64,000 bases of DNA, taken from positions 24,490,001 through 24,554,000 of the forward strand of contig OZ024745.1 of the NCBI GenBank assembly GCA_964016885.1, written 5' to 3'. How positions within the stretch are numbered: the first letter of the stretch is position 1; each line of letters begins with the position of its first letter. Source of the DNA: Eledone cirrhosa. Its lineage: Eukaryota. A program made the position numbers and the translations under genes. Below the pieces are notes generated by a model, which made no database searches, was not told where the DNA came from, and saw only the letters and a program-made list of their open reading frames with translations. Of this stretch, positions 27,512 through 40,504 are shown piece after piece.

Positions 27512-28660
27512 CTTTTATTGGTGGATTCTCCGTCGGTCTCGACGGTGAACATTCAGTTGTTCGATCAAGTGAATTACTACGAAGGTCGGCTGGAAATTAT
27601 ATATGCTTGAATGTTCATTTGCTGACCAAGATACTCTCATGGAATGACCAAATGAGGTTTATTTTTCCACATAGTCCCTGAAAAGAAACAATGCAGTTAT
27701 TAATAAGAGTTGAAATTAATGCAAGCAAGATTTCACAGCTCTAGCAACAATCCTTCATAGTCAGCCTATGAACTTTTTTGCTGGCTCCCGTTCACTTACT
27801 GATCCTTCTGGTCGGTATGGAGTATGAATGTATGAATGAATGTGAGGCACTCCGTCGGTTACGACGATGAGTGTTCCAGTTGATCCCATCAACGGAACCA
27901 TACTTTTATTGATGGATTATCCGTCGGTCTCGACGGTGAACATTCAGTTGTTCGATAAAGTGAATTACTACGAGGGTCGGCTGAACATTTTATATGTTTT
28001 AAGGTTCATAGGCTGACCAAGATACTCTCATGGAATGACCAAACGAGGTTTATTTTTCCACATAGTCCTTGGAAAGAAACAATGCAGTTATTAATAAGAC
28101 GAGTTGGAAATAATTGTTTCTACTTTTGGCACAAGGCCAACAATTACTTTATTTTATTACTTTATTTTATCGACCTTATAAGGATGAAAGGCAAAATTAA
28201 CCTCGACGGGATTTGAACTCAGTCCGTAAAGGGACGTAACTTTGCTAGAAAGCATGGCGTCCAACCCTCTAGCGATACTGCCAATTCACCGTTGGAATTA
28301 ATGCACGCAAGATTCCACAGCTCTAGCATAGTCAGCCTATAAACTTCTCAGCCTTGTATGTCGCTACATATTTCACAGAAACATTTACCATTAACGTAAT
28401 TTTCATGATGAATCAGCCTGACACACGTGACAAGGCTGGTCGTTTGAATTACAGGTACAGTACTGCTAGAGAGAGGGACTGTGAGACTCGTCCACCTTTA
28501 TCTCTGTCAACACTAGTACTAGACTGGGATTTTAGTCTGGTGGGGCTGACCAAGATACTCTCATGGAATGACTGCAGTTATTAATAAGAATATTTGAAAC
28601 TAATGTACGCAAGGTTTCGCAACTCTAGCATCACCCTTCATAGTCAGCCTATGAACTTTT
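27512..28660 (+). repeat. Local tandem duplication of a ~270-bp unit; second copy split by a SINE
   Basis: 27512-27780 matches 27903-28110 plus 28291-28347. Partial third copy at 28544-28660. Confidence 0.8.
28113..28291 (-). mobile_element. SINE family A
   Basis: Family A body with TSD-like GTTGGAAWTAAT on both sides. Confidence 0.85.
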
Positions 28661-28684
28661 CAGTCCACCCTCGTATCTCTCTCT

Positions 28685-28763
<79 letters not shown>

Positions 28764-28874
28764 TTTTCTCCCGCTTTCTTTTTCTCTTTCTCAATATATA
28801 TATATATTTAAAAATGGGACTTTGAAGTAAAATTAGCTATATTTTTGTCTATCTACTCTTCACTTATAATTGCC

Positions 28875-28989
<115 letters not shown>

Positions 28990-29005
28990 TATATATATAT
29001 ATATA

Positions 29006-29212
29006 TAATTCGAAAGTGAACAACACAAAATATAACTACTCCATTACCAAAGGTTTCTGGATCCCAGACAATATTAATATACGTCTGTTATAGCATAACA
29101 TCTCTGTCTGATGACCGATCCAGACGTATATTAATATTGTCTGGGATCCAGAAACCTTTGGTAATGGAGTAGTTATATTTTGTGTTGTTCACTTTCTAAT
29201 TAAATAGCTCTG

Positions 29213-29217
<5 letters not shown>
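29006..29217. mobile_element. Fold-back pLTR insertion in (TA)n with a complete plus-strand hammerhead (29102-29169)
   Basis: ctctgt-CTGATGA-ccgatccagac..gtctgggatcca-GAAA-cctttgg-TA-atggag. Inverted arms about 29006-29087 and 29121-29201. Confidence 0.85.
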
Positions 29218-29250
<33 letters not shown>

Positions 29251-29253
<3 letters not shown>

Positions 29254-31980
29254 GGAAAAATTTGAACAGGAACAAAACAGAGAGGCAGTACAACGAATGT
29301 TTATTAATTTCACGCTCTGGAGAGTGGGGTGGTGGGGGGGAACGACGTTTCGGGCATAAGCCCTTTCTCAGGTGGTGAGAAGTGTGTGGGAACAGAGTTC
29401 AAAGGGTGTGTAGGGGAGTGGTGGAGAGAGGAAACGGTGCGAATGAAATTAAAAATAAAAATAAAAATAAAGCATGATCAAAATACAAGGAAATGAAATA
29501 AAATTAAATATAAAAGCATGATCAAAATAAACTGAAATTAAAAAGGGGTAAAACAGGTGGTGGAAGGGTGTGGTGTGTGTAGGGGTGGTGGCGGGTGGAG
29601 TGGGGAGAGGGAGACGGGGTGTCCGAGCGGGGAGGGCTGAAGGTGGTGTGTGTGTGTAGGTGTACGTGTGTGTATGTGAAAGTAAGGGTTGGGGGAAGAA
29701 CGGGGTTGCATGTTCAGGAAGATGTGTGTGTGTGGGGGTTGTAGGTCGGAGTGTCTGTGCGTGTGTGGATAGAGGGGTGGGGGGAGAGGAATCAGGAGGC
29801 TGAGGGTGTAAATATGTGGTGGAAAGCACGTGTGTGTGGGGTTTAAGCGTGTTGTGGGTGTAGGTGGCGTGTGGGAGAAAAAAAATGTTGGGGGTGTGTG
29901 TGTGGGTGAGTTATATAGGTGATTCCGTAAGAGGATGGTTGAAATGTTGGTAAATTCCAATGATGTTTAGTAGATTCCGTGGTGGTCAAGTTCCACATAC
30001 GAGTATTCCATGAAGAGATGGTCGGAAGAGGAGAGATGTGGGGTGCGCGCGCAACAGGAAGTGGTCAAGCGGTGGGAGTGCTGTGTGTCTGTTTGTGCTG
30101 GGAGGTGGTCAGAGTGCATAGCAGCAGTCGGTGGAATGGTAAAGGGGCGAGGATGGGTAGGTGTGAAAGTTGGAGTGAGGAGGGTGTGTGTGTGTATTAG
30201 TAGAGGTGTTAGTGGGATGAGTGAGTGTGGAGCGAGGGTGTGGGTGGAGCGGGGAGAGAAGGGTGTGTGTAGTTCTATGGATTCTATGGAGGGAGTGTGG
30301 TGTACTGGTGTGTGTGTAGTTTGATGAAGGAGGTGTTAGTGGCTGTTAGTATACGGGAGGTGGGGAAGGGTTGAATGCAGGTGTGAGTGGGGGTTAGTGG
30401 TGGTAGGGTGTGTAGAGTTGGTGGTGTACGAGGGTGTGTGGGTACGTGTGCGTGGGGTTGGGGGGTGTTAGTGATGTTAGTTGCGTGTGGGGTGGGTGGT
30501 GTTAGTGGGTGCGTGTGTTCGTGTGCTTGGGGTCAGGGGGTGTTAATGAGGTTAGTTACGGGGTGGTGGGATGGAGGTGTGGGGGTGAGGGTTAGTGGTG
30601 GTAGTAGGGTGTGTGTTTAGTGTGAGCGCGTGTATATATGTGCGGGTGGGTGTGTGTGTGTAATAAGGAGGGGGAGGAGGAGAAGAAGGGGGGATGTTAG
30701 TATGTTAGTTGTGGAAGGGTGGTCGGATGAGGGGTGTAGTGGAGGTGTTAGTATTGTTAGTTGTGGGGTGGGCGGTGAAAAGGAGGGGTGTGTTAGTGGT
30801 GTTAGTGGGGGATAAGTGTGGGGGCAGGGGGGCGGTCGAAGGCTAAAGGAATAAGGGTGGGGAGTTCAGGCCGGGGGGAGTGTGGGTCTGTAAGATGAAG
30901 ATAGTTCTTTGTTCGACTCTAAGGCGATTGGCGGGTGTTCCGTGGCATTGGAGTAGGCCACAGACTGTGAGATGGCGTGCGGAATGTCCAGGGCCACCAA
31001 AGTGGCGGGCGATGGGGGAACTACCACCGAGACGAATATCCCGGAGGTGCTCACTGAATCGGTCCGCCAGGCGACGTCCCGTCTGTCCGACATAAGGTTG
31101 GAGGAGGTGCAGCGGAAGGCATGCCGGACAGAGAGAGAGTGGCCGTTGTGACCCTGGAAGGTGGTGGTGTTGGTGATGTGGGGACAGGTGTTGCAGCGGG
31201 GCCTAGAACAGGGAAAGGAACCGGGGGGGGAAACAGAGCGTGGGTTGGGGGGTAGGGAGCTGTGGACGATGAGGGTGCGGAGATTGCGTGCGCGTTTGAA
31301 GGAGGGGAGTGGTGGGGTTGGGAAGATATGGAAGGTGGAGGGGTCGGACTGGAGGCGTCGGAAGAGGCGGCGGATGGTGCGGTGGAGGGGTAAGGTGGAG
31401 GGGTGGTAGGTGATGGGGAAGGGGAGACGGTGGGTGGGTGTGCGGTGGCGTGGGGTGAGGGTGGTGGAGCGGTGGACAGCACGGGCGCGGGTGAGAGCGG
31501 TGTGGACGAGAGGGGAGGGGTAACCTCTGCGGATGAAATGGCTGACTAGGGAAAGGGCCTGGGACTCGAAGTCAGCATCTCGGCTACAGAGGCGGCGGAT
31601 CCTGAGGAGTTGGGAGTAGGGAATGGAGTGTTTAGTGTGGGTGGGGTGGGAAGAGGTGAAGTCGAGGTAAGAGTGGGAGTCGGTGGGTTTGAAGAAGGCG
31701 GAGGTGACGAGGGAGTGGTGGGAGGCGTCGAAGGCGACGGAGATGTCTAAGAAGTGGACGTGGGTGGTGGAGATAGAGGTGGTGAAGTGGAGGGAGGGGT
31801 GGAAGGAGCAGAAGAAGGAGAGAAAGTAGTCGAGCTGTTCTCGGGTGAGGGTCGTGGCTCCGATACAGTCGTCAATGTAACGACCGTACAGTTCGGGCGT
31901 GGGGCCGGTGTACTGGGCAAAGATTTGGGCCTCAACATGGCCAACAAAAAGGTTGGCATAGTTCGGGCCCATTCTTGTAC

Positions 31981-31984
<4 letters not shown>
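29251..31984 (-). mobile_element. 5'-truncated Neptune-type PLE between (TA)n tracts
   Basis: MGTRMGPNYANLF, RYIDD, FKPTDSHSYL, linker CSRPRCNTC. After a small deletion/frameshift: YVGQTGRRLADRFSEH..EQRTIF..GLN. Long CA-rich 3' UTR and an HHR-like motif near the 3' end. Confidence 0.9.
29340..29376 (-). ncRNA. Degenerate minimal hammerhead of the Neptune-type pLTR
   Basis: Minus: cac-CTGAGAA-agggc-ttat-gccc-GAAA-cg-TC-gtt. Core position G8 is altered and stem I is poor. Confidence 0.6.
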
Positions 31985-32019
<35 letters not shown>

Positions 32020-32151
32020 TTTAATATGGTTCGTTGATTAATCAACGAATATAATTTTACAATAGATTAGAAGCACTAGACAAAGGTTTTTCTGGAGTGT
32101 TTGATATTATTCAAAATGTTAATAAATGAAAAAATTGTCATAATCAAAATA

Positions 32152-32217
32152 TATATTTTATTATACATATTTCAAAGGTACAATGGTGTTTAAGTACGTT
32201 TTCATCAGACAAAATAT
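32152..32217 (-). ncRNA. Type-I hammerhead in an AT-rich pLTR (element about 32015-32290)
   Basis: Minus: atattttgt-CTGATGA-aaacgtac..gtaccttt-GAAA-tatgta-TA-ataaaatat. Same family as 25759-26170. Confidence 0.75.
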
Positions 32218-32940
32218 AATATTTGATATGTGACATACCCCTACAGTTTTGATTATTCAATTCCAGTATTGGCAGTGATTTATTTCACCAAATCTCAACG
32301 TTTTTATACCACAAATAATATGATAAACTTTTTTAAAAAAAGGACGTAGAGCAAGGTAGACAGAGAGAGAGATGAGTTGTTACTAGTTGAGACCTGTAAG
32401 ACCATTATTCAACTTAATAATCTATACCTGTAGATCTTAACCTGTGTTGCCGACACCCTCAAGGTGTGCAAGATTAAGTTCTTTTTTTCTCGTTTTACGT
32501 CTCATCAATCAGTATTTCATAGCTTTCCATTTGTTTCAACTTCTTAACTATAAATGTGTTGTTTTATTATGTATTATTTATTACTTAGTCGCCGTGTGAT
32601 TTGTGGTATAGTAAAGTTGTTTTTTTTTTTGTTTTGTTTTTTTCACATAGCAGACATATAGTGTCCAAGAAAGGAAAATGGAACGATGATTACAATCGTT
32701 TTGGGCTTCGCTTGTATAACTGAAAAGGATGGAACAGAAAGGCCTGGTCTTATGAGCTAGGTCTTGGAGTGCAGGAAAGAATTTCAATGTCTCAAGCTCA
32801 AGTGGTGTTGCGCTAGAAAAAGTTTAAGAACCAATGGTCGATACATAAGAAATGAAGAGTGTAGATATTATAATGATTCTCTGCCCTACGGTTAAGACTC
32901 GACCACAGTGCAGGGAATCCTTATCAGAATAATATTGACA

Positions 32941-33066
<126 letters not shown>

Positions 33067-33234
33067 CAGTTTTGTAGCTAGCTTGAATAGGAAACACAAA
33101 TTTGAATAATTTTGAAAACCAAACAATGCACTAGGAAGAACATATATATATGGGTGAAGATAAAAAAACGAACGAAACACAGACACCTACATCATCAGTC
33201 GACCTTGTATGTACAAAGGCACACATGTAAGTTC

Positions 33235-33322
33235 ACATATCTGATGAGTTGTCGAAAAAGAGTCGGGCCCCGTCACATTGATTCTACCCTAAGCTGATCA
33301 ATATCGAAATAATTATAATATT
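33235..33322 (+). ncRNA. Hammerhead with extended (58-nt) stem II region in a TA-flanked element (about 33065-33500)
   Basis: atat-CTGATGA-g..58 nt..c-GAAA-taatta-TA-atat. Stem III is palindromic (ATAATTAT). AATAAA lies just downstream. Confidence 0.6.
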
Positions 33323-33499
33323 CAAATAAAGTTTGTATATATTCTGCAACACTGACTTCGACTCTTTTAAATCTATTTACACTCAGCAGACTACAGCCGT
33401 AACACTGGAACACAACCCAAACGAAACGGCCCTCGTAACAGCATCGAGTGCTTCAAATGGCGCGCCACCTGTAATTGTTGTTACATACTTAACAAACAC

Positions 33500-34722
<1,223 letters not shown>

Positions 34723-35844
34723 ATACTTTGGGAGGGTCATGTTGCCAATAAGAAACACACGCACCAGTTGCTTTCACTTCAATTTAATTTATTATATATT
34801 TATAAATTTACAAATTTATAAATTTCTGGTTGGTTGGTTGGCTCCACAACCAGATAGTTGTCCCAAATGGGAAAAAATGGTAAATAATGACATAAATGGG
34901 ACCTGTCCCTTGTATAGGAGCAAATTTTGGAATAGAATAGAAAGAACTAAGAACAAGGCCAATAGAATAAACTCATGGTATGATAGCAATAAATACCAGA
35001 GTGTAATGTTCATCAATACAACCCCTAGAGGCGAACTAGCCTACAAATTTAGAAGGGCCCTAAAGAAACATAATCTCAATATTAAGATAGTAGAAAGACC
35101 TGGTACCTCCGTAAAAACACTTATTAGCAAGACATACCCGTTCCAAAGACCCTCATGTATAGATAAGAAATGTATAACCTGTAAAATAAGCCCCCATATT
35201 AACTGCAAAACTAGAAATGTAGTATATAGCATAAGATGTACTGAAGGACAATGTAGTAACAAAAATATAGTGTACATAGGTGAGACAGCTCGTAGTATAG
35301 GGGAACGAATAAATGAACACTGGCGAGACCTCCAAGATAGTAAAGAATCATCTGTGCTCTACCAACATGCTAAGATAGAACACAGGGGTAAATTAGAGAG
35401 CATAGAAATAAAAATAGAATCCACACACAAGAAAGACGCAATGTTTAGGCAAATTACAGAGGCAGTAAGCATAAAAGAATTAAAACCGAAATTAAATAGA
35501 AAATATGAGTGGAACAGCAACATCACAACTTACAATTAAGGAAAAATTGAAAACACACACACACATAGAACAAACAACTTACAATTGAAAACACACACAA
35601 AATAAAAACACACACAAGACAAAATGAAAACACACACACACATAGAACAAACAACCAACCAACAATAAATAAATAAATAAACAAACAAATAGAAAAATAT
35701 AAATAGAAAAATAGAAAAATGAACACAAACACACACAGACACCCGGATGTGGCGCATGCGCAAACTGAGCACGCAACCCACACACAAACAAAATGGCGTA
35801 GGATAGAAGAAAGGAAAGGCACAGAAACGAAGAAAGAAATCCCC

Positions 35845-35889
35845 AGTCACTGAAGAGGTCACAGAGTGTGTGACGAAAGAACTATGACT
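35845..35889 (+). ncRNA. Minimal type-I hammerhead in the upstream pLTR
   Basis: agtca-CTGAAGA-g-gtcaca-gagtg-tgtgac-GAAA-gaac-TA-tgact. Stems I and II are perfect. Confidence 0.85.
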
Positions 35890-36038
35890 ATATATATATA
35901 AACAACTATCTGGTTGTGGAACCAACCAACCAACCAGAAATTTATAAATTTGTAAATTTATAAATTTGTAAATTTATAAATATATAATAAATTAAATTGA
36001 AGTGAAAGCAACTGGTGCGTGTGTTTCTTATTGGCAAC

Positions 36039-39000
36039 ATGACCCTCCCAAAGTATAACAATATCGGTTTCAACACACGATTTCAGATAAAGAATCTTGC
36101 TAAACAAATTCAGAAACGAAATATCGTAAGCCTTAGCCAGGCTAACAAGATTCTGAAAACCACCATGTTCTGTTTTCTACGAAAAACCATAACATCTCGA
36201 CAACTACACTTCATAAAACTGTGCACCACTTCTAGAATCTACACCAACACCATCAATACCGACGTTAGAAGATTACAACTCACCAAAAAACAAGCAGATA
36301 GGCTAAAACGAACTTTAATTCTAAACATAAAAAAGAAGATCTATAGAGAATTAAGTCATCAAGAAAAACTAAAGCGTAACCTAATAGATGAAATATCTAA
36401 AATCACCACACCAGCAGAAAAACTAACATTTATAAGCCTTATACGCTCCGAAGAACAGTACATTACTCAAGAATGTAATAAGCACTTTAACAGAAAATTA
36501 AAGTGGCTTAAACAGGCAAAGCTAAATCGGGATACTATAGAGTATACCAATAGATATCCCGACAAAATTGACGGTATCAACATGGCCAACACGCATTATC
36601 TGAAGAGTTCAACAATGAAAATACCAACATTTATGGAAACACGGAAATAGATAATAATGAAATGTCTGTGTTACGTCTGCCACCCAAATTTGCGACATTC
36701 CAGAAGGTAAATATGATTAGTTGTCTGTCAGAAATAGAAAAATCATTTACGAAACTACGCTGGAGCATCAAAAACAAAAACAAAAGCAACAATATACGCA
36801 CACACATATACAACACACATCCCAACAACAACAGACACACAGACACAAACAACAATAACAACAACAATAGCAACATACCCAGATACAACAACAACAATAG
36901 CAACATACCCAGATACAACAGACACGCAGACACAAACAACAATAACAACACACACGGAGACAACAATAACAACAACACACACATCAACAACAACAACAAT
37001 AGCAACATACCCAGATACAACAACAACAGACACGCAAACACAAACAACAATAACAACACACACAACAACGATAACACACACACACACGGAGACAACAACA
37101 ACACACATCAACAACAACACACATCAACAACAACAACACACACGCATTCAATGCCGCTCACCACCACCACAATCTTAACAAACACACAGACACAGAAAAC
37201 AAGTAATGACAGTAGCACAGAAATCAGAGAAATAAGAGAAAGTAATAGGATTAAAAGGAAAAGGAGATGGGAGACTAAGGACAAAGAGAATAACCAAGAC
37301 GAACACACAGACACACAAAATAGGGTAGATAACAACATTGAGCCAGTGGAAAGAGACAGGAGTAATTATGAGAGACATAGAAACAACCATGAAGCTGAGG
37401 CTGCTGCTGTTGGTGGAAATAGAAACAACACAACTAACAATAACAATAGCACTAGTACACATAAAGCAGCAGCCTGGAACTCTCCGTTTTATAACCCCTC
37501 CGATAAATCATTCGACCTGCGACGAGTCCACGCCACGACTTTGCCATTTAACAAACGCACGCAGTTGCCGTCGCAGGTCGATGAACAAACAGAAGCACAA
37601 TTTAGTATAGCTAAATCCGAACTTAGAAATATTATAGAACAGTATAGCAAGAAGCATAATAGAATAGAGGCCCAGCAACTGGGAGAAGAATCTGCAAATG
37701 GCTTGCGTAAGCTCATGCAGCGCTCGCGTAATGGAGAGATAGCATGCTTTCCAACAGACAAGTCTGGCAGAATGTCGGTTGACAGCCTGCCAAACTACAT
37801 CCAGGCAATGCAACCCCACATCACTAACACAAGAGAGGTAACACCACAGGAGCATGAGGATAGAGAAAAAACCCTCAATGCCCATATGGCGATGTGGACA
37901 AATATAATGCAGCCCAACAAAGGGACTGCCAACAACTTCCAGGCCTGGAACAATGACGTGCCGGCGTTGTATGGGCTTCGAAAAGACCATAAAACGGGCT
38001 GGGACCCTGTCGCGGGACCACCAACACGGCCAGTCTGTGGGGCTAACATTGCTAGTAACTACAGACTGTCCTACTTCCTCTCCCTGATCATACGCCCCAT
38101 CATTGAGATGTCCCCAGATGTGTGTGACAGCACGGAGGACCTCCTCTGCAGAATCGGCGCGGGTAACCGATCTGGGGACCTAACAAACTGCATAATAGGC
38201 AGTATGGATGTTGTGTCCCTGTATCCATCTATTGACGTGGATTTTGCTGTGGAGAAATGCGTCGAAATGATCGGCGAGAGCAAGGTTGAGTTCCGTGGGA
38301 TTGATACCAGTGAGCTGGGACTTCTACTTAAGCTTACCCATAGTAATAGTTACCTAGACACTTATGACCTTAGCAACCTGTGCCCTACAAGACCAGCAAG
38401 AGGCAGACCACCTACCATTACCTCAATGGCCAAGAAAACCCACACAGATAGATGGAACGGGTGGACCAGAGCCATACGGACACCCGAAAACCACGATGAA
38501 CTGAAGAAAATGATTGCACATGCGGTAGGGGCCAGCATAAAATTAACCCTTAAGGAACATATGTTCAAATTTAATGGTAAAACATATGCCCAAGAGGAAG
38601 GAGCAGCCATTGGTGTTAGCATTGCAGGCGACATAGCTAACTTATTCATGGTATGGTGGGACAGTAGACTTAAACAAAAACTTAATGAACAATTAGAAGA
38701 CAGCTTAACCCTGATAATGTACTCCCGCTACGTAGATGATATAAACATCGTAGTTAAGACACCCCCACTAAAGAACAGTCAGGAACTAGAGAAAAACACA
38801 ATGGAAAGCATCCAGCAAATAGCAAACTCCATCCACCAGAGCATTAGAGTTACTATAGACTACCCAAGTAGACACCCCAACCATCGATTACCTGTACTAG
38901 ACACAGAGCTCTGGTTAGATACTATTAACAACCAAAAACAAATCCTCCATTCCCATTATGCCAAACCCATGACTTCCAAACATCTGATCCACCGAAACTC

Positions 39001-39859
39001 GGCCATTTCGGACCATACCAAAATCAACATACTGATTGCGGATTTGGTACGGGTGATGAGAAATGTGTCCCGCATGTGCAACCCCGAAGAACTAGAGAGA
39101 CACATACAACACTTCATCCACCGTATGCAGTTCTCTGGCTACAATCAGAGAGATAGAATCAGAGTGTATAAAGGAGCCAGAACCAAATGGGAAAAAATGG
39201 TAAATAATGACATAAATGGGACCTGCCCCTTGTATAGGAGCAAATTTTGGAATAGAATAGAAAGAACTAAGAACAAGGCCAATAGAATAAACTCATGGTA
39301 TGATAGCAATAAATACCAGAGTGTAATGTTCATCAATACAACCCCTAGAGGCGAACTAGCCTACAAATTTAGAAGGGCCCTAAAGAAACATAATCTCAAT
39401 ATTAAGATAGTAGAAAGACCTGGTACCTCCGTAAAAACACTTATTAGCAAGACATACCCGTTCCAAAGACCCTCATGTATAGATAAGAAATGTATAACCT
39501 GTAAAATAAGCCCCCATATTAACTGCAAAACTAGAAATGTAGTATATAGCATAAGATGTACTGAAGGACAATGTAGAAACAAAAATATAGTGTACATAGG
39601 TGAGACAGCTCGTAGTATAGGGGAACGAATAAATGAACACTGGCGAGACCTCCAAGATAGTAAAGAATCATCTGTGCTCTACCAACATGCTAAGATAGAA
39701 CACAGGGGTAAATTAGAGAGCATAGAAATAAAAATAGAATCCACACACAAGAAAGACGCAATGTTTAGGCAAATTACAGAGGCAGTAAGCATAAAAGAAT
39801 TAAAACCAAAATTAAATAGAAAATATGAGTGGAACAGCAACATCACAACTTACAATTAA
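36039..39859 (+). CDS. PLE polyprotein (N-terminal domain, Asn-rich insert, RT, Cys linker, GIY-YIG) with one -1 frameshift between 36572 and 36648
   Basis: ATG lies inside the pLTR (MTLPKYNN). Motifs [70 protein letters not shown]. Confidence 0.92.
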
Positions 39860-40164
39860 GGACAAAATGAAAACACACACACACATAGAACAAACAACTT
39901 ACAATTGAAAACACACACAAAATAAAAACACACACAAGACAAAATGAAAACACACACACACATAGAACAAACAACCAACCAACAATAAATAAATAAATAA
40001 ACAAACAAATAGAAAAATATAAATAGAAAAATAGAAAAATGAACACAAACACACACAGACACCCGGATGTGGCGCATGCGCAAACTGAGCACGCAACCCA
40101 CACACAAACAAAATGGCGTAGGATAGAAGAAAGGAAAGGCACAGAAACGAAGAAAGAAATCCCC

Positions 40165-40209
40165 AGTCACTGAAGAGGTCACAGAGTGTGTGACGAAAGA
40201 ACTATGACT
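40165..40209 (+). ncRNA. Minimal type-I hammerhead in the 3' pLTR
   Basis: Identical to 35845-35889. Confidence 0.85.
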
Positions 40210-40422
40210 ATATATATATAAACAACTATCTGGTTGTGGAACCAACCAACCAACCAGAAATTTATAAATTTGTAAATTTATAAATATATAATAAATTAAA
40301 TTGAAGTGAAAGCAACTGGTGCGTGTGTTTCTTATTGGCAACATGACCCTCCCAAAGTATAACAATATCGGTTTCAACACACGATTTCAGATAAAGAATC
40401 TTGCTAAACAAATTCAGAAACG

Positions 40423-40499
<77 letters not shown>

Positions 40500-40504
<5 letters not shown>

